From positions 11,434 to 75,433 of the forward strand of contig CAMKFK010000001.1 in assembly GCA_946411835.1 (NCBI GenBank): a DNA stretch of 64,000 nt, read 5' to 3'. Origin of the DNA: an uncultured Clostridia bacterium. GTDB taxonomy: Bacteria > Bacillota > Clostridia > Oscillospirales > Oscillospiraceae. Each line of letters starts with the position of its first letter. The first letter of the stretch is position 1. Made by a program: the position numbers and the translations under genes. The notes under the pieces were generated by a model, which was given only the letters and a program-made list of their open reading frames with translations, made no database searches and was not told the origin of the DNA. This document shows, piece by piece, positions 18,201 to 27,652 of this stretch.

Positions 18201-21200
18201 GGGTTTGAGACCGGACAAAACGATTCTGCCGTTGCGGTCAGTGGTGAACTCGCCGTTGTTTTCGCCCAGGACTGCGCCGGAGCTGTCCGTGATGAGGAAG
18301 GTGACGCCCTCAATCGGGGTCGTGGTGCCTTCTACATACTTCTGCACCGTCAAAGTCTGTTCGGGCGCGTTCCAGAAGGTCAACTCGTGAACGTCGCTGC
18401 TCTTGATTGTGACCTGCTTCGGGGTCCCGTCGAGGAGGTAGCCCTCCACGGTTTTCACTTCCTGGACGGTAATCACGCTGCCCTGTTCCAGATCGGTGAT
18501 GATGATTTCGCCCTCAGAATTGGTGTAGTACACACCGTCCGTGGGTCCGACCGCGCCGCCGTTGCCATCGGTGATCTTGAACGCTACGCCGGAAAGCGGC
18601 TCGTTCTTGGTCCCCTCGACATACTTGTGGACGATCAAAGTGGAGAGCGGCTCGTCATAGAAGGTCATGATGTTGCCGGAGCCGGTCGTGATGGTAGATG
18701 CATCAAGAACCCTTGCGCTGTTCGCGTTGTTCAGGCTTCTGAGAACGGTCAGAGAGGGAGTTGCTGTGCTGCCGGAGTCCGCGCCCACCACGATGGCCTG
18801 CGGGGTCCCGTTCAGTTCGTAGCCCTTTACCGTCTTGATTTCACGGACCAGCAGCGTCATACCGGGGGTAAGGCCGCTCAAAACGATGCGTCCGCTTTCA
18901 TCGGTAACGTGCTGCCCGTTGGCGCTCCCGATGGGATTGCCTGCGCCATCCGTCACAAGGAAGGTTACGCCTGCCAGGGGCTTTGTGGTCCCGTCGATGA
19001 ACTTCTGGATGACCACGTTCTGCTTGGGGATATTCATAAAGGTAAGCGTCTGAGTATCGTTCGTTCCGATCTGGACGCTTTGCTCATCGTCACAGAGGAC
19101 ATATCCCTCCGGGGCCGCGATCTCCTTCACCACATAGGTGTTGGGTTCGAGGTTGGAAAGGAAGATTTCACCGTTTTTGTCCGTGCGATAGATGCCCTTC
19201 GTGGAGGTCTGGCCCTCATTGTCATCAACATACTTCCCGTCGATGGTCGTGATGCGGAACTCAGCGTTGGCCAGCGCCTTGCCGGTGATGCTGTCGAGCT
19301 TTTTAACAATCAGTCCACCCTTGCGCTGATTGTAAAAGGTCAGCGTCTGGCTCTCGCCGGCTTTGATGCGGATGCTCTGGGGGGTGCTGTTGAGGACGTA
19401 GCCGGAAACCGTCTTGATCTCCTTGGCGGTGACAGTTGTGCCGGGTTTGAGACCGGTCAAAACGATTCTGCCGTTGCGGTCCGTGGTGAACTCGCCGTTG
19501 TTCTCGCCCAGGACCGCGCCGGAGCTGTCCGTGATGAGGAAGGTGACGCCCTCAATCGGGGTCGTGGTGCCTTCCACATACTTCTGTACCGTCAAAGTCT
19601 GTTCGGGAGCGTTCCAGAAGGTGAGCTGCTGCGTCTGGCCACCGACGATTTTGATGTCCTGCGGGGTCCCATCAAGGATATACCCGTCGATGGTCTTGAT
19701 TTCACGGGCCTTTACGGTGATGTCGGGCTGCAAATCCTTCAGCACGATTTCACCCTTGGCATCGGTGTAGTAGACACCCCCGTCCGGGCCAATCTCGGTC
19801 CCATCGCTGGAAGTGACGCGGAACGCCACGCCTTTGAGGGGCTGGTTGTTGGTGCCTTCCACGAATTTCCGGATAATCAGCGTACCCAGCTTGCGGTTTT
19901 CAAAGGTGACGCTGTTCACTGTCCCGCTTTTCAGCAAAGTGGTCTGAAGGTCGCTGCCGTTCCAGTAGCCCGCAGGCGGTGTTTCCTCAGAGACAACGAC
20001 GGTGGAGTTGGGGGCAAGGCCGGTCAGCGTAACCGTACCGTCCGTGCCGGTCACATACTGCTTCTCATCGCCAATCAGGTTGCCTGCGCCATCCTTCACA
20101 GTGAAGGCCGCGCCGGGAAGCAGCTCTTTGGTGTCCACATCACGCTTGATGATGGTCAGGGTCGCCAGCGGCTCATCGTAGAAGTTGATGGTCTGGGTGT
20201 CGTTGGGATTGACCACCACCGTCTGCGGGGTCGGGTCGAGCTGGTAGCCCTCCGGGGCCTTTGTCTCGGTCACGACATAAGCAGCGGTATTGAGCTTGGA
20301 GAGGACAATCTGGCCGTTCTGATCGGTGACGTAGAGGCCGTTGGACGAAGTAAGGCCCTCGTTGCCCGCTACGAACTCACCAGAGGCGGTCACGATCTTG
20401 AACTCCACGCCGGAGAGGGGCTGGCCGCTCGCTTTGTCGTACTTCTGCACGATCAGAGTACCCTTCGGGGGATTGCCAAAGGTCAAGGTCTGCGTGTCGC
20501 CGGCATTGACCACGACGGTCTGGGGATTCGCGGTCAGCTCATAGCCCTCCGGGGCGATGGTCTCGGTCACGACATACGCGCCGGGGGTCAGCTTTTCCAG
20601 CACGACCTGGCCGTTGCGGTCAGCCGTATAGATGCCGTTGGAACTGGTAAGTCCCTCGTTGTCGGCGGTCAGCTCACCGTTCGCGGCGGTGATTTTGAAC
20701 TCCGCGCCGGGAAGGGGTTTGCCGGTGGCGCTGTCGATTTTCTGAACGATCAGCGTCCCCTTGGGGGCATTGCGGAACTCTAACGTGACCGTTTCGTTGG
20801 CCTTGATCTTCACGGTCTGGGGCGCGTCGTCGAGAACGTAGCCGGAAACCGTGCGGGTCTCCTTGGCAACGATGGTCTTGCCGGGTTCCAGATTGTTGAT
20901 GAGGATGCTGCCGGCGTAGTCGGTGGTGTATTTGCCATTCCCATTTCCGACCACGGCTCCGTCGCTGTCCGTCACAAAGAACTCAACGCCGGAGAGCGGT
21001 GCGCCGGTCAGCTTGTCTTTCTTCACGATCAGGAGACTGCCCATCTTCTGATTGCCGTAGGTGATGGTCACAAAGTCCTGATTCTCGCCGGAGAGGTACA
21101 CGGTACGAGACGCCGCCGCGCTTTTCACATACCCGGCAGGTGCGGAAATCTCGTCAATGACGTAGGTGCCTTCGTCAAGGTTGCTGACCTCGATCTGGCC

Positions 21201-24200
21201 TTTATCGTCGGTAGGCCACTCACCGATGGTGGTGCCGTCCATGCTCGTCATGGCGTTGAGGAACTTCATACGGAACCAAGCGCCGCTCAGGGGCTTGCCG
21301 GTCTCTTCATCCATCTTCTGAATGAGGATGGTAGACAGCGGCACATTCTCAAAGGTCAGCACCTTGTCCGTTCCGGCGGCGATATAGCACTCCTGCACAC
21401 CACTGTCCGGGATGCGGTAGCCAGCCGGTGCCTCAACCTCCGTCACCTGATACCAACCGTCGATGAGCTTGTCGAGCTTGATGAGGCCGTTGGCGTCGGA
21501 GTAGTATTCGCCAAGGTCGTTCACTTCGCCGGTAAAGGTGTGATTGCTGGCATAGATGACGTGGAACCTGGCACCCTCTACGGGCTTGCCGGTGGCGCTG
21601 TCGATCTTCTTGATGGTCAGCGTCGGCTTCTGGTAGTCCTGGAACTGGACCACACCCAGCTTATTGGGGAACAGAGTGATCTTCTGGGGGCGGGGGTCCA
21701 GCAGAAAAGCGTCGGGGACAGACTGCTCCGTGACCTCATACACGCCGGGGTCCATCTCGGAAAGGAAGATTTCGCCCTTCGCGTCGGTGGTCTCGGTCAG
21801 CAGCGTGGAGCTGTCCATCTTGCGGATGGTAAAGGTAGCGCCGGCAATGGGCTTGCCGGTCACGGCATCCGTCTTGATGATCTTCAGGTCGGGCTTTTTC
21901 TCATCGGTCACGACCAACTCAGATTCCCTGCCGGGGAACAGCTCGACATGGTACTCCATATCATTGAGCACATAGCCGGTAGGAGCGGTCATCTCCTGCA
22001 CGGAGTAAACGCCGGGTTCGAGATTGTCGATGACGATCTTGCCGTTGGTGTCCGTTACGCGGTCGAGGTAGTGGGAGCCATCCTCGATTTTGGCGATACG
22101 GAAGGTCGCGCCGGAGAGCACCAGCTTCTTTTCAGCATCGTACTTCACGACGGTCAGAGAGGGCTTCCTGGTGTCGGTGAACACAAAGGCCGCGGATTCG
22201 CCCGCCTCGATCTTGATGGTGCGCTTGGCATCGTCGATGAGGTAGCCATCGGGGGCCGTGATCTCTTCCACGACGTAGGAGCCGGGGTCGAGCTTGGACA
22301 GGTCAACTTCGCCGCTGGCGTCAGAGGTGAACTCGTTGGAGAAGTCGCCGCCCACCTGCGTGACGCGGAATTTCGCGTTGGGCAGGGGTTTCATGGTCTG
22401 CGCGTCCAGCTTCACGATGTGGATGCCGGGTTTGACGTAGTTGAGGAATACCACGGTGTTGTCCGCAGTACCCGCGTCCAGCTTGATCTCCTGCGGGGTG
22501 CTGTTTACAACATGACTGTCCGGGGTGCCGATCTCTTTCACAAGGTAGGTGCCGGGAGCCAGGTCATAGAGGAAGATTTCGCCGTTGGCGTCTGTGGTGT
22601 ACTCACCGATCAGCTCGGTGTCGCGGTAGACCGCAAAGGTCACGCCGCTCAGCCGCTGCATGGTCTGCCCGTCATACTTCACGATGCGGAGCATCGGCAT
22701 GGCCTTGTTGGACACGGCGATCCGGGGGTCATCCGTGGTGGCGGGATTGTAATTGTCCACATAGACGCTGTGCTCGGAGGAATCCAGCACATAGCCAGCA
22801 GGAGCCACGGTCTCCTTCACGGTGTAGTAGCCTGTGGTCACGTTGGGAACATAGGCAAGGCCGCTGTCGTTGGTGGTGACGGTCGTGAAGAGCTGGCCAT
22901 CTCTGTAGACCTCAAAGGTCGCGCCGCTCAGACTGCGGTTGTTGCCCTCGTCGCACTTGTAGATGATGATGGTGGGCGTTCTGACATTGTTCATGGTGAT
23001 GACCACATCGCGCCTGCCATCCCAATGCACGGTCTGCGGGGTCGTGTCCAGTTCATATCCAACGGGGGCTGTGACCTCATAGACCTTGTAGCTGCCCACG
23101 GGGAGCTGTTCGGCATCGAACTGGATGATGCCGGCCTGGTCGGTGGTCCCCATCGTCTTGAAGGAACCGTCGATCTGCTCAAAGCAAATGACCGCGCCCT
23201 GAAGGGAGTAGCCGGTCTGCTTGTCCACCTTTTTCACGGTGAGCTGCTTCTGAGTGCTGTCCTGCACGGTCACATAGTTGGTCCGCGCCGCTTGAATCTG
23301 AATATTGATGGGGTCAACGATGGAGTAGCCTGCGGGAGCCTCCGTCTCGGTCAGGGTATAAGTTACCTTGGGGTCGAGCTGCTCCCAGAGGATGATGCCG
23401 TTATCATCGGTGACGCCGGTGCGGGAGCTGCCATCCGTGCCGGTCAGCGTGAACTTCGCGCCGGAAAGGGGCAGACCGCCCGTGCTGGTTTTCGTGACCT
23501 GAAGGCTGCCCTGCTCGGTCTGGGGACCGCCCCATTGGAGCGTGGCGTTGGCGGTCAGCGTTCCCTTGCTGGGGTCCGCGATGATATAGGATTGTTCGTA
23601 ATTCACGTCGTTCTTGGCGAGATAGATTTCATACTGCATGATAAACGCGCCGCAGTTGACCTTGATCTCGCCGCTGTTGGGGACGGTATCGACGGGGACG
23701 CACATCTTCGCAACGCCGAAGTATTCAAAGCCGTTGCTGTTGAGCGAGGTGTCGTGATTGTCGGTGTGGAGCCTCCATGTGTTGTGCTCCAGGAAGGTCC
23801 CACGCGGCAGCTCGTTGTTGGAGGTATCGACAAAAATCGTTCCCTCCGGCGCATTGTCCGCCCAAAGCTCCAAATTGTACTCGGAGTAGTAGGAGGATGT
23901 GGCGGTGGCGAAGATATACTCGCGGGTGAAATAGCTCTTGCCGTTGATGACCTCGCGCTTGAGGCCGAACTGCTGGTTGTCAGCGGCGTATTCCAGCGTC
24001 ATATCGCCGGGAATGGAGATATTGCCGCCCAGCTCATCTTCTTTCAGCCGGATATACATTCCGGACTGATACACCTGCATCCAGGAGTTCGCAACATCCA
24101 GGATGAGCTGAACCGCACGGAACACGCGCATCTGCTGGGTGTCGCCGCTGGGCTGTGCAACGGTCTCACGCCCGCTGCTGAAGGCGGTGCCTTCGATGGC

Positions 24201-24656
24201 GAGCTGTCCAAGCGTTGCCCAGACCGCGAGCTGCGTGGCATACCCATATTCCTTTTCGGTCAGTCCCTGAAGAATCGAGTTGTTCGCCAGGTAAAGGCCA
24301 AGGAAGGTCTCAAGGCTGTGCTGCGGGTAGCCATTGGCAAACGCGCCGGCAGTTTTGGGGCTTGCGTTGTACTTGCCGGTAATGGGCAGGGCGCGGGAGG
24401 TGAGATTGAGCCCATGATTGATGCAGTACGCGGGGCCGGTCAGACCGTCGTTGGTCGTGTACTGGTAGGCAGAAGCGCCCAGCTTCGTTCCCGCCGTTGT
24501 GGTCAGATAGTAGTTGCGGTCTACCATTCCGATGGTGGCGGTGGAGCTTCCGTCCGCAATCGTCGCGGCGCTGGCGTTCATGGGAAACACTCCAAGAAGC
24601 ATCAAAACCGCGAGAAGCAGCGAAAGCGCCCTCGTTTTGCTTGTCGTTTTGGTCAT
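15204..24656 (-). CDS. giant surface adhesin: N-terminal thioester (TED/TQXA) domain, many SpaA/CnaB-type repeats, terminal LPKTGY
   Basis: Signal peptide; AYCINHG and ATQLAVW thioester motifs; repeated LxIxKxD...PLxGxxF...ExxAPxGYxL units; ends NDPLPKTGY*. Confidence 0.9.
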   Translation of the reverse strand: MTKTTSKTRALSLLLAVLMLLGVFPMNASAATIADGSSTATIGMVDRNYYLTTTAGTKLGASAYQYTTNDGLTGPAYCINHGLNLTSRALPITGKYNASPKTAGAFANGYPQHSLETFLGLYLANNSILQGLTEKEYGYATQLAVWATLGQLAIEGTAFSSGRETVAQPSGDTQQMRVFRAVQLILDVANSWMQVYQSGMYIRLKEDELGGNISIPGDMTLEYAADNQQFGLKREVINGKSYFTREYIFATATSSYYSEYNLELWADNAPEGTIFVDTSNNELPRGTFLEHNTWRLHTDNHDTSLNSNGFEYFGVAKMCVPVDTVPNSGEIKVNCGAFIMQYEIYLAKNDVNYEQSYIIADPSKGTLTANATLQWGGPQTEQGSLQVTKTSTGGLPLSGAKFTLTGTDGSSRTGVTDDNGIILWEQLDPKVTYTLTETEAPAGYSIVDPINIQIQAARTNYVTVQDSTQKQLTVKKVDKQTGYSLQGAVICFEQIDGSFKTMGTTDQAGIIQFDAEQLPVGSYKVYEVTAPVGYELDTTPQTVHWDGRRDVVITMNNVRTPTIIIYKCDEGNNRSLSGATFEVYRDGQLFTTVTTNDSGLAYVPNVTTGYYTVKETVAPAGYVLDSSEHSVYVDNYNPATTDDPRIAVSNKAMPMLRIVKYDGQTMQRLSGVTFAVYRDTELIGEYTTDANGEIFLYDLAPGTYLVKEIGTPDSHVVNSTPQEIKLDAGTADNTVVFLNYVKPGIHIVKLDAQTMKPLPNAKFRVTQVGGDFSNEFTSDASGEVDLSKLDPGSYVVEEITAPDGYLIDDAKRTIKIEAGESAAFVFTDTRKPSLTVVKYDAEKKLVLSGATFRIAKIEDGSHYLDRVTDTNGKIVIDNLEPGVYSVQEMTAPTGYVLNDMEYHVELFPGRESELVVTDEKKPDLKIIKTDAVTGKPIAGATFTIRKMDSSTLLTETTDAKGEIFLSEMDPGVYEVTEQSVPDAFLLDPRPQKITLFPNKLGVVQFQDYQKPTLTIKKIDSATGKPVEGARFHVIYASNHTFTGEVNDLGEYYSDANGLIKLDKLIDGWYQVTEVEAPAGYRIPDSGVQECYIAAGTDKVLTFENVPLSTILIQKMDEETGKPLSGAWFRMKFLNAMTSMDGTTIGEWPTDDKGQIEVSNLDEGTYVIDEISAPAGYVKSAAASRTVYLSGENQDFVTITYGNQKMGSLLIVKKDKLTGAPLSGVEFFVTDSDGAVVGNGNGKYTTDYAGSILINNLEPGKTIVAKETRTVSGYVLDDAPQTVKIKANETVTLEFRNAPKGTLIVQKIDSATGKPLPGAEFKITAANGELTADNEGLTSSNGIYTADRNGQVVLEKLTPGAYVVTETIAPEGYELTANPQTVVVNAGDTQTLTFGNPPKGTLIVQKYDKASGQPLSGVEFKIVTASGEFVAGNEGLTSSNGLYVTDQNGQIVLSKLNTAAYVVTETKAPEGYQLDPTPQTVVVNPNDTQTINFYDEPLATLTIIKRDVDTKELLPGAAFTVKDGAGNLIGDEKQYVTGTDGTVTLTGLAPNSTVVVSEETPPAGYWNGSDLQTTLLKSGTVNSVTFENRKLGTLIIRKFVEGTNNQPLKGVAFRVTSSDGTEIGPDGGVYYTDAKGEIVLKDLQPDITVKAREIKTIDGYILDGTPQDIKIVGGQTQQLTFWNAPEQTLTVQKYVEGTTTPIEGVTFLITDSSGAVLGENNGEFTTDRNGRIVLTGLKPGTTVTAKEIKTVSGYVLNSTPQSIRIKAGESQTLTFYNQRKGGLIVKKLDSITGKALANAEFRITTIDGKYVDDNEGQTSTKGIYRTDKNGEIFLSNLEPNTYVVKEIAAPEGYVLCDDEQSVQIGTNDTQTLTFMNIPKQNVVIQKFIDGTTKPLAGVTFLVTDGAGNPIGSANGQHVTDESGRIVLSGLTPGMTLLVREIKTVKGYELNGTPQAIVVGADSGSTATPSLTVLRSLNNANSARVLDASTITTGSGNIMTFYDEPLSTLIVHKYVEGTKNEPLSGVAFKITDGNGGAVGPTDGVYYTNSEGEIIITDLEQGSVITVQEVKTVEGYLLDGTPKQVTIKSSDVHELTFWNAPEQTLTVQKYVEGTTTPIEGVTFLITDSSGAVLGENNGEFTTDRNGRIVLSGLKPGTTVTAKEVKTVSGYVLNSAPQSILIKAGESQTLTFYNQRKGGLIVEKRDSVTDKPLAGAEFRITTIDGNYVDDNEGRTSTKGIYRTDSNGQIILTDLQPNSYVVRETKAPTGYVLDSEEQSVRVNANDTQTLVFKNTPLQSVTIQKLVEGSGKPLAGVTFLVTDANGAPVGSANGEHVTDANGRITINGLTPGMTIIAREVKTVKGYVLNSNPQTIVVGTAAGGQTVTAAPATATGGTTATGNSMTFYDEPLSVLVIQKYVEGTTTPIKGVRFHVTDNTGAAVGNTDGDHVTDENGQIVLKNLEPGTVITAREVKAADGYVTNSDPKSITIKSGDVQTLTFYNSPTGTLIIVKRDRATEKALAGAKFQITDASGAFIGNNGGKLTSNGEFTTDDKGQIIITGLQPGTLVIREIKAPDGYTLSEQPVTVKIEANDTQTINIYNDAKQTLTVQKFVTDTTRPIQGVTFLITDSSGQVIGPNNGEYTTDRNGRIVLSGLTPGTTITAKETKTVKGYVLDTTPQSIIIKQGEAQTLTFYNSPEGGLELIKVNAYDKTKRIGNVTFEIRRMDGGLVETVTTGDYGRVHVNLDAGNYYAVEIEAAKGFKLDNTPHYFEVKDGETTTLTVANTPFSGIEIHKIDAVTREGIYGAKFLLYDAEKRPVGEYVTDQNGYIYIDDLTRDGKYFIRELECDGYNVDEQVKTINVKAGAIIQIEWENTPITGQIQITKYAAENNSVTGHAAGTALPGAVFEIVRERSGKVVGYITTDAHGVAASSPLPLGRYILREVTAPAYYQVSAEKFDVTLEYPGQIIKLSAYDKPAQLSVTILKTGVKEVLAGSRMTYHFTVANGSNVALENFFWHDKLPYDISSASGLTTGTYNTRLTYRILYKTNCNDYRVLASNLLSTNNYGFQLNALKLMDGEVVTDIYFDFGTVPAGFQSTTQPTLTVAVSPTATNGYYVTNRADAGGKYGGTWETNNTSWLTIVKNLTPVKNDPLPKTGY
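17940..19622. repeat. recent internal duplication in the adhesin stalk (about 17940-18380 vs 19180-19622, offset about 1242 bp)
   Basis: FWNAPEQTLTVQKYVEGTTTPIEGVTFLITDSSGAVLGENNGEFTTDRNGRIVL appears twice with near-identical DNA. Confidence 0.85.
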
Positions 24657-24685
24657 AATGGGTCTCCTTTCTGAATTTTGGGTAC

Positions 24686-24716
24686 AAAAAAAGCACCGTC
24701 CTTTTTAAGACGGTGC
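24686..24716 (-). terminator. intrinsic terminator between transglutaminase-like gene and adhesin
   Basis: GCACCGTC-loop-GACGGTGC-TTTTTTT on the minus strand; same stem at 53223-53253. Confidence 0.75.
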
Positions 24717-24741
24717 CTTCCTGCGGATGTTTGGTTTTCTC

Positions 24742-25761
24742 TTACCTGGTCGAGCCTGGGACCATGACTTCTTTGACGAAAGCGGTCAGTTCCGGTTCCG
24801 TCTGGCGGTAGCTTGCGCCTTGAACATAATCATCGTCGTATAAGACGCGGGAGTAGGCGCGGGTTTGAAGATTGTCTCCCACGTCGATGCTGGATACGTC
24901 AACGTGCCACCAGCTACCTTCCACATAGACCATGTTCCATTGGTGGTCGGCGCTGTGAACGAAGATGCAGGGGGTAGAAGCCATGTCGCAGAGGAACTTG
25001 AAGTTGTGGGCGTAGCTCATGCAGTTTCCCTTGTTTACGCCCATCGTGGACAGTGCAACTCTCGGCGTCGCGGTGGAGCTTGCGTCATAGGTGAGCCGGT
25101 CGCAGACGTAAAATGCGATTTCCTTAACCTTATCGCGGTCGCTCTTTTCTGCGAGACCATCTATGAAGGCTTGGCAGAACTTCGCGGCGTCCTCATAGCT
25201 GGTGGAATAGGATGCTGTGAAGTGGGACATTCCGTCCGCTGTTCTGTTGAGCTGGTATCCGGGCCAGTCGCTGATTGCGGCTGCGGCTTTCTGCATGGCC
25301 TGCCGGGTATCCTCCGTCATCATAACGGAGCCGGACTTTTCAGCGCCCGTCACGACCTGCCGCAGCGCGTTGAAGCCTTCTCGCGTATAGCTGCCGGAAA
25401 ACACGGCGGCGTTTGCTTCTGCGCTGGCGTCGGGTGCGGGTGCTGCGTCGGTGATGCTGGGCTGTTCGCTTTTTCCAGCCGGTGCGGTTCCCGTATAAGG
25501 GGAACTGCTGTCGATCCGGACTGCGCCATCCCACCAGACGTTGAAACCGACAAGCTCGCCCACGTCACGGAGCTTGAGATAGTTGCTGCCCTCGATCATA
25601 TACGCTTCCATCTGGACTTCACGCCCATCCACGAACACGCGGCAGGCGCTCCGTTCTGCCAGAATGCCGGATGCGGCAAAGGCCACGGTCCCGCCGAACA
25701 GGACAAAGCAGGTGAGAAAACCCGTGACAAATCCGACTGAGAGTTTCTTCGCAGATTTCAT
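24742..25761 (-). CDS. exported transglutaminase-like (Cys-His-Asp) protein with copper-amine-oxidase-N-like domain
   Basis: Signal peptide; NYLKLRDVG...GFNVWWDG; GNCMSYA...HQWNMVY...WWHVDVS. Confidence 0.8.
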   Translation of the reverse strand: MKSAKKLSVGFVTGFLTCFVLFGGTVAFAASGILAERSACRVFVDGREVQMEAYMIEGSNYLKLRDVGELVGFNVWWDGAVRIDSSSPYTGTAPAGKSEQPSITDAAPAPDASAEANAAVFSGSYTREGFNALRQVVTGAEKSGSVMMTEDTRQAMQKAAAAISDWPGYQLNRTADGMSHFTASYSTSYEDAAKFCQAFIDGLAEKSDRDKVKEIAFYVCDRLTYDASSTATPRVALSTMGVNKGNCMSYAHNFKFLCDMASTPCIFVHSADHQWNMVYVEGSWWHVDVSSIDVGDNLQTRAYSRVLYDDDYVQGASYRQTEPELTAFVKEVMVPGSTR

Positions 25762-25807
25762 TTCAACAGCCTCCGTTTCTCAAATCATGTTTGTTTGGTC
25801 TGAGACC

Positions 25808-25836
25808 ATACTACACGATTTGTACGGAAGCTGCAA
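25808..25836 (-). promoter_or_regulatory. sigma-A-type promoter for the transglutaminase-like gene
   Basis: TTGCAG-N17-TAGTAT; positionally equivalent to TTGACA-N17-TATGCT at 52121-52149. Confidence 0.5.
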
Positions 25837-25844
25837 TTCTGCGA

Positions 25845-26711
25845 TTACTTCACCTCGGTCGCCTGGACCACAACGCGGTAGGAAGGCTGGTTGGCAAGGC
25901 AGGTGGTGAGGGTGATGCGGTTGTCGCTGGTGGCCTGCAAGTAGTTCCAATCGTTGTTGGCAATCGTCCCCACATAACTGACCGCATAGGTCCTCGTGCC
26001 GTAGACGGTGGTGTAGGTGATCTTGTCGCCCAGGCTCAGGTCCTTGATCGCGCCGATGGGGTATTTCGCTCCGCGATTGTGGCCACACACTCCGACGTTG
26101 CCATCCCATCCGGAGGTGGAGGCGTAGTGACCGAGGCCCTTGGCCATGCTCTCGTTCGTCTCTCCCTCCCAAACCTTCACGTCGATTTTGAGGGACGGGA
26201 TACGGACGGTGCCGATGCTGCCATCTTTGAGCGTCATGCCGGAAGTGCTGGTAAAGGCGGTTTTCTGATAGACAAGCGGGTACTCCGCCTCCCGGATGGT
26301 CAGCGTGGCCTGTGCGGGCAGCTCTGCGCTGGCAGAGGGATCGTAGACCTCACCGATTCCGTCAATGAGGATGCTGCCTCCACCGACGGTATCCGTGGGA
26401 AGTCCGTAACCGCCGCCCGTGAGGGGCGTCGCGCTGACATAACCGTTGCTGTCCAGTACCCTCACGCGCTCCATAGCGCCGATGCTGGTGTTGCTCACCA
26501 CACCGTAGGGCAGGTCGGGAATGGCAAAATCCACGGCGTTCTTGCCGCCATAGTTATAGGCGCTGCCGTAGGCGGATTCATAGTTGGTCGCCCCGTAATA
26601 GTCGGTCCCGTCCACACCATCGAAGGTGTAGTCGGCTGCGCTGGCACTGGCTGAAAGAGCAAGCATCAGGCAGAGGCCAACGCCGAGGGAAAGAATCTTT
26701 CTGCATTTCAT
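25845..26711 (-). CDS. sortase (class D-like) with cleavable-looking signal peptide
   Basis: Catalytic H (GHNRG), C (ITLTTC) and R (YRVVV); N-terminus ...LALSASASA|ADYTF. Confidence 0.85.
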   Translation of the reverse strand: MKCRKILSLGVGLCLMLALSASASAADYTFDGVDGTDYYGATNYESAYGSAYNYGGKNAVDFAIPDLPYGVVSNTSIGAMERVRVLDSNGYVSATPLTGGGYGLPTDTVGGGSILIDGIGEVYDPSASAELPAQATLTIREAEYPLVYQKTAFTSTSGMTLKDGSIGTVRIPSLKIDVKVWEGETNESMAKGLGHYASTSGWDGNVGVCGHNRGAKYPIGAIKDLSLGDKITYTTVYGTRTYAVSYVGTIANNDWNYLQATSDNRITLTTCLANQPSYRVVVQATEVK

Positions 26712-26716
26712 GTCGT

Positions 26717-27652
26717 TCACTCCTTCCGGGATGTTCCATGCCCACCGTGATTGTTACGATAGCGCAGGAAGTAGATTGCGGCACCGGCGAGAAGTACGAT
26801 GAGGACACCGGCTGCAATATAGAGCCTCCAAGCGTTGTCGGCAGGCTTCACAGTCTCCGGGTTCGCCGTTTCACAAGAAGCCTGCGCTCCCTTCGGGTCG
26901 ATTTCCTTCGTTACTTCCTCCACCGGCTTGATCTCCTTGCCGACGTAGGTGACGGTATAGGTGATGCTGGAAAGCTCCTTGCAGCTCACGGTGCCGGTGT
27001 AGTTCGCCGTGGTCACATAGCCGGTCGCGGCATTGTAGTACGCCTTGGACGAATAGGTGGCAACGGCCTTGTAGGTGCATGGGACAAGAACATCGTCTAC
27101 AAGGCCGGAGCCCTGGACGTACCACTCCACATTGACAAGCGGGAGGGTCTTTCCGTCCTTCACGGCTGTGCTGGGAACATAGGACATATCGTTGCTGTCC
27201 AGATTGCCGTATTCCTTAGTGGTGGAAACGGTGTAGCTCTGGGTGGTATAACCGGATGCTTCGGTTACGACTGTGGTGTGGTCCAGGTAGAGAGTGCCGG
27301 CATAGCGGCCATCATCGTAGTCCACCGTCGCGGGCAGGGCGTCCAAGACAACATTCAGGTCCTTCTTCGCGGTTTCGACCGTTACGGTGTCGGTCTGCTG
27401 CTTCTCATCCTCAAACTTGTTCTCGGTTTTCGTGATGGAAGCGTACTTGTAGGTGCATCCCTCGTAGTCGAAGGGCTCCTCGATCAGCTCCTTCGGGTCG
27501 GTGTCCGGACTGACGGTGAAGGTCTTGATATACTGCTGGACGCCGTTCAGGTTCTGGATTACCGTTTCCGTGGGAACTTCAAGAGCAAACGCGCTGAAAG
27601 AACACATGAATACCAGAACCAGCGCGATGCAGGGTGTTACCAATTTTTTCAA
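26717..27652 (-). CDS. exported protein with C-terminal membrane anchor (paralog of 50294-51295)
   Basis: GGAGG then TTG start; signal peptide SAFA|LE; C-terminal hydrophobic helix plus basic tail; no LPxTG. Confidence 0.8.
   Translation of the reverse strand: MKKLVTPCIALVLVFMCSFSAFALEVPTETVIQNLNGVQQYIKTFTVSPDTDPKELIEEPFDYEGCTYKYASITKTENKFEDEKQQTDTVTVETAKKDLNVVLDALPATVDYDDGRYAGTLYLDHTTVVTEASGYTTQSYTVSTTKEYGNLDSNDMSYVPSTAVKDGKTLPLVNVEWYVQGSGLVDDVLVPCTYKAVATYSSKAYYNAATGYVTTANYTGTVSCKELSSITYTVTYVGKEIKPVEEVTKEIDPKGAQASCETANPETVKPADNAWRLYIAAGVLIVLLAGAAIYFLRYRNNHGGHGTSRKE

Noticed and set aside
15168-24674. Very long plus-strand ORFs (1871 aa, 1044 aa) opposite the left adhesin
   Set aside because: Antisense shadows caused by GC-rich codon bias; no RBS, no recognisable motifs, and they mirror the sense repeats.
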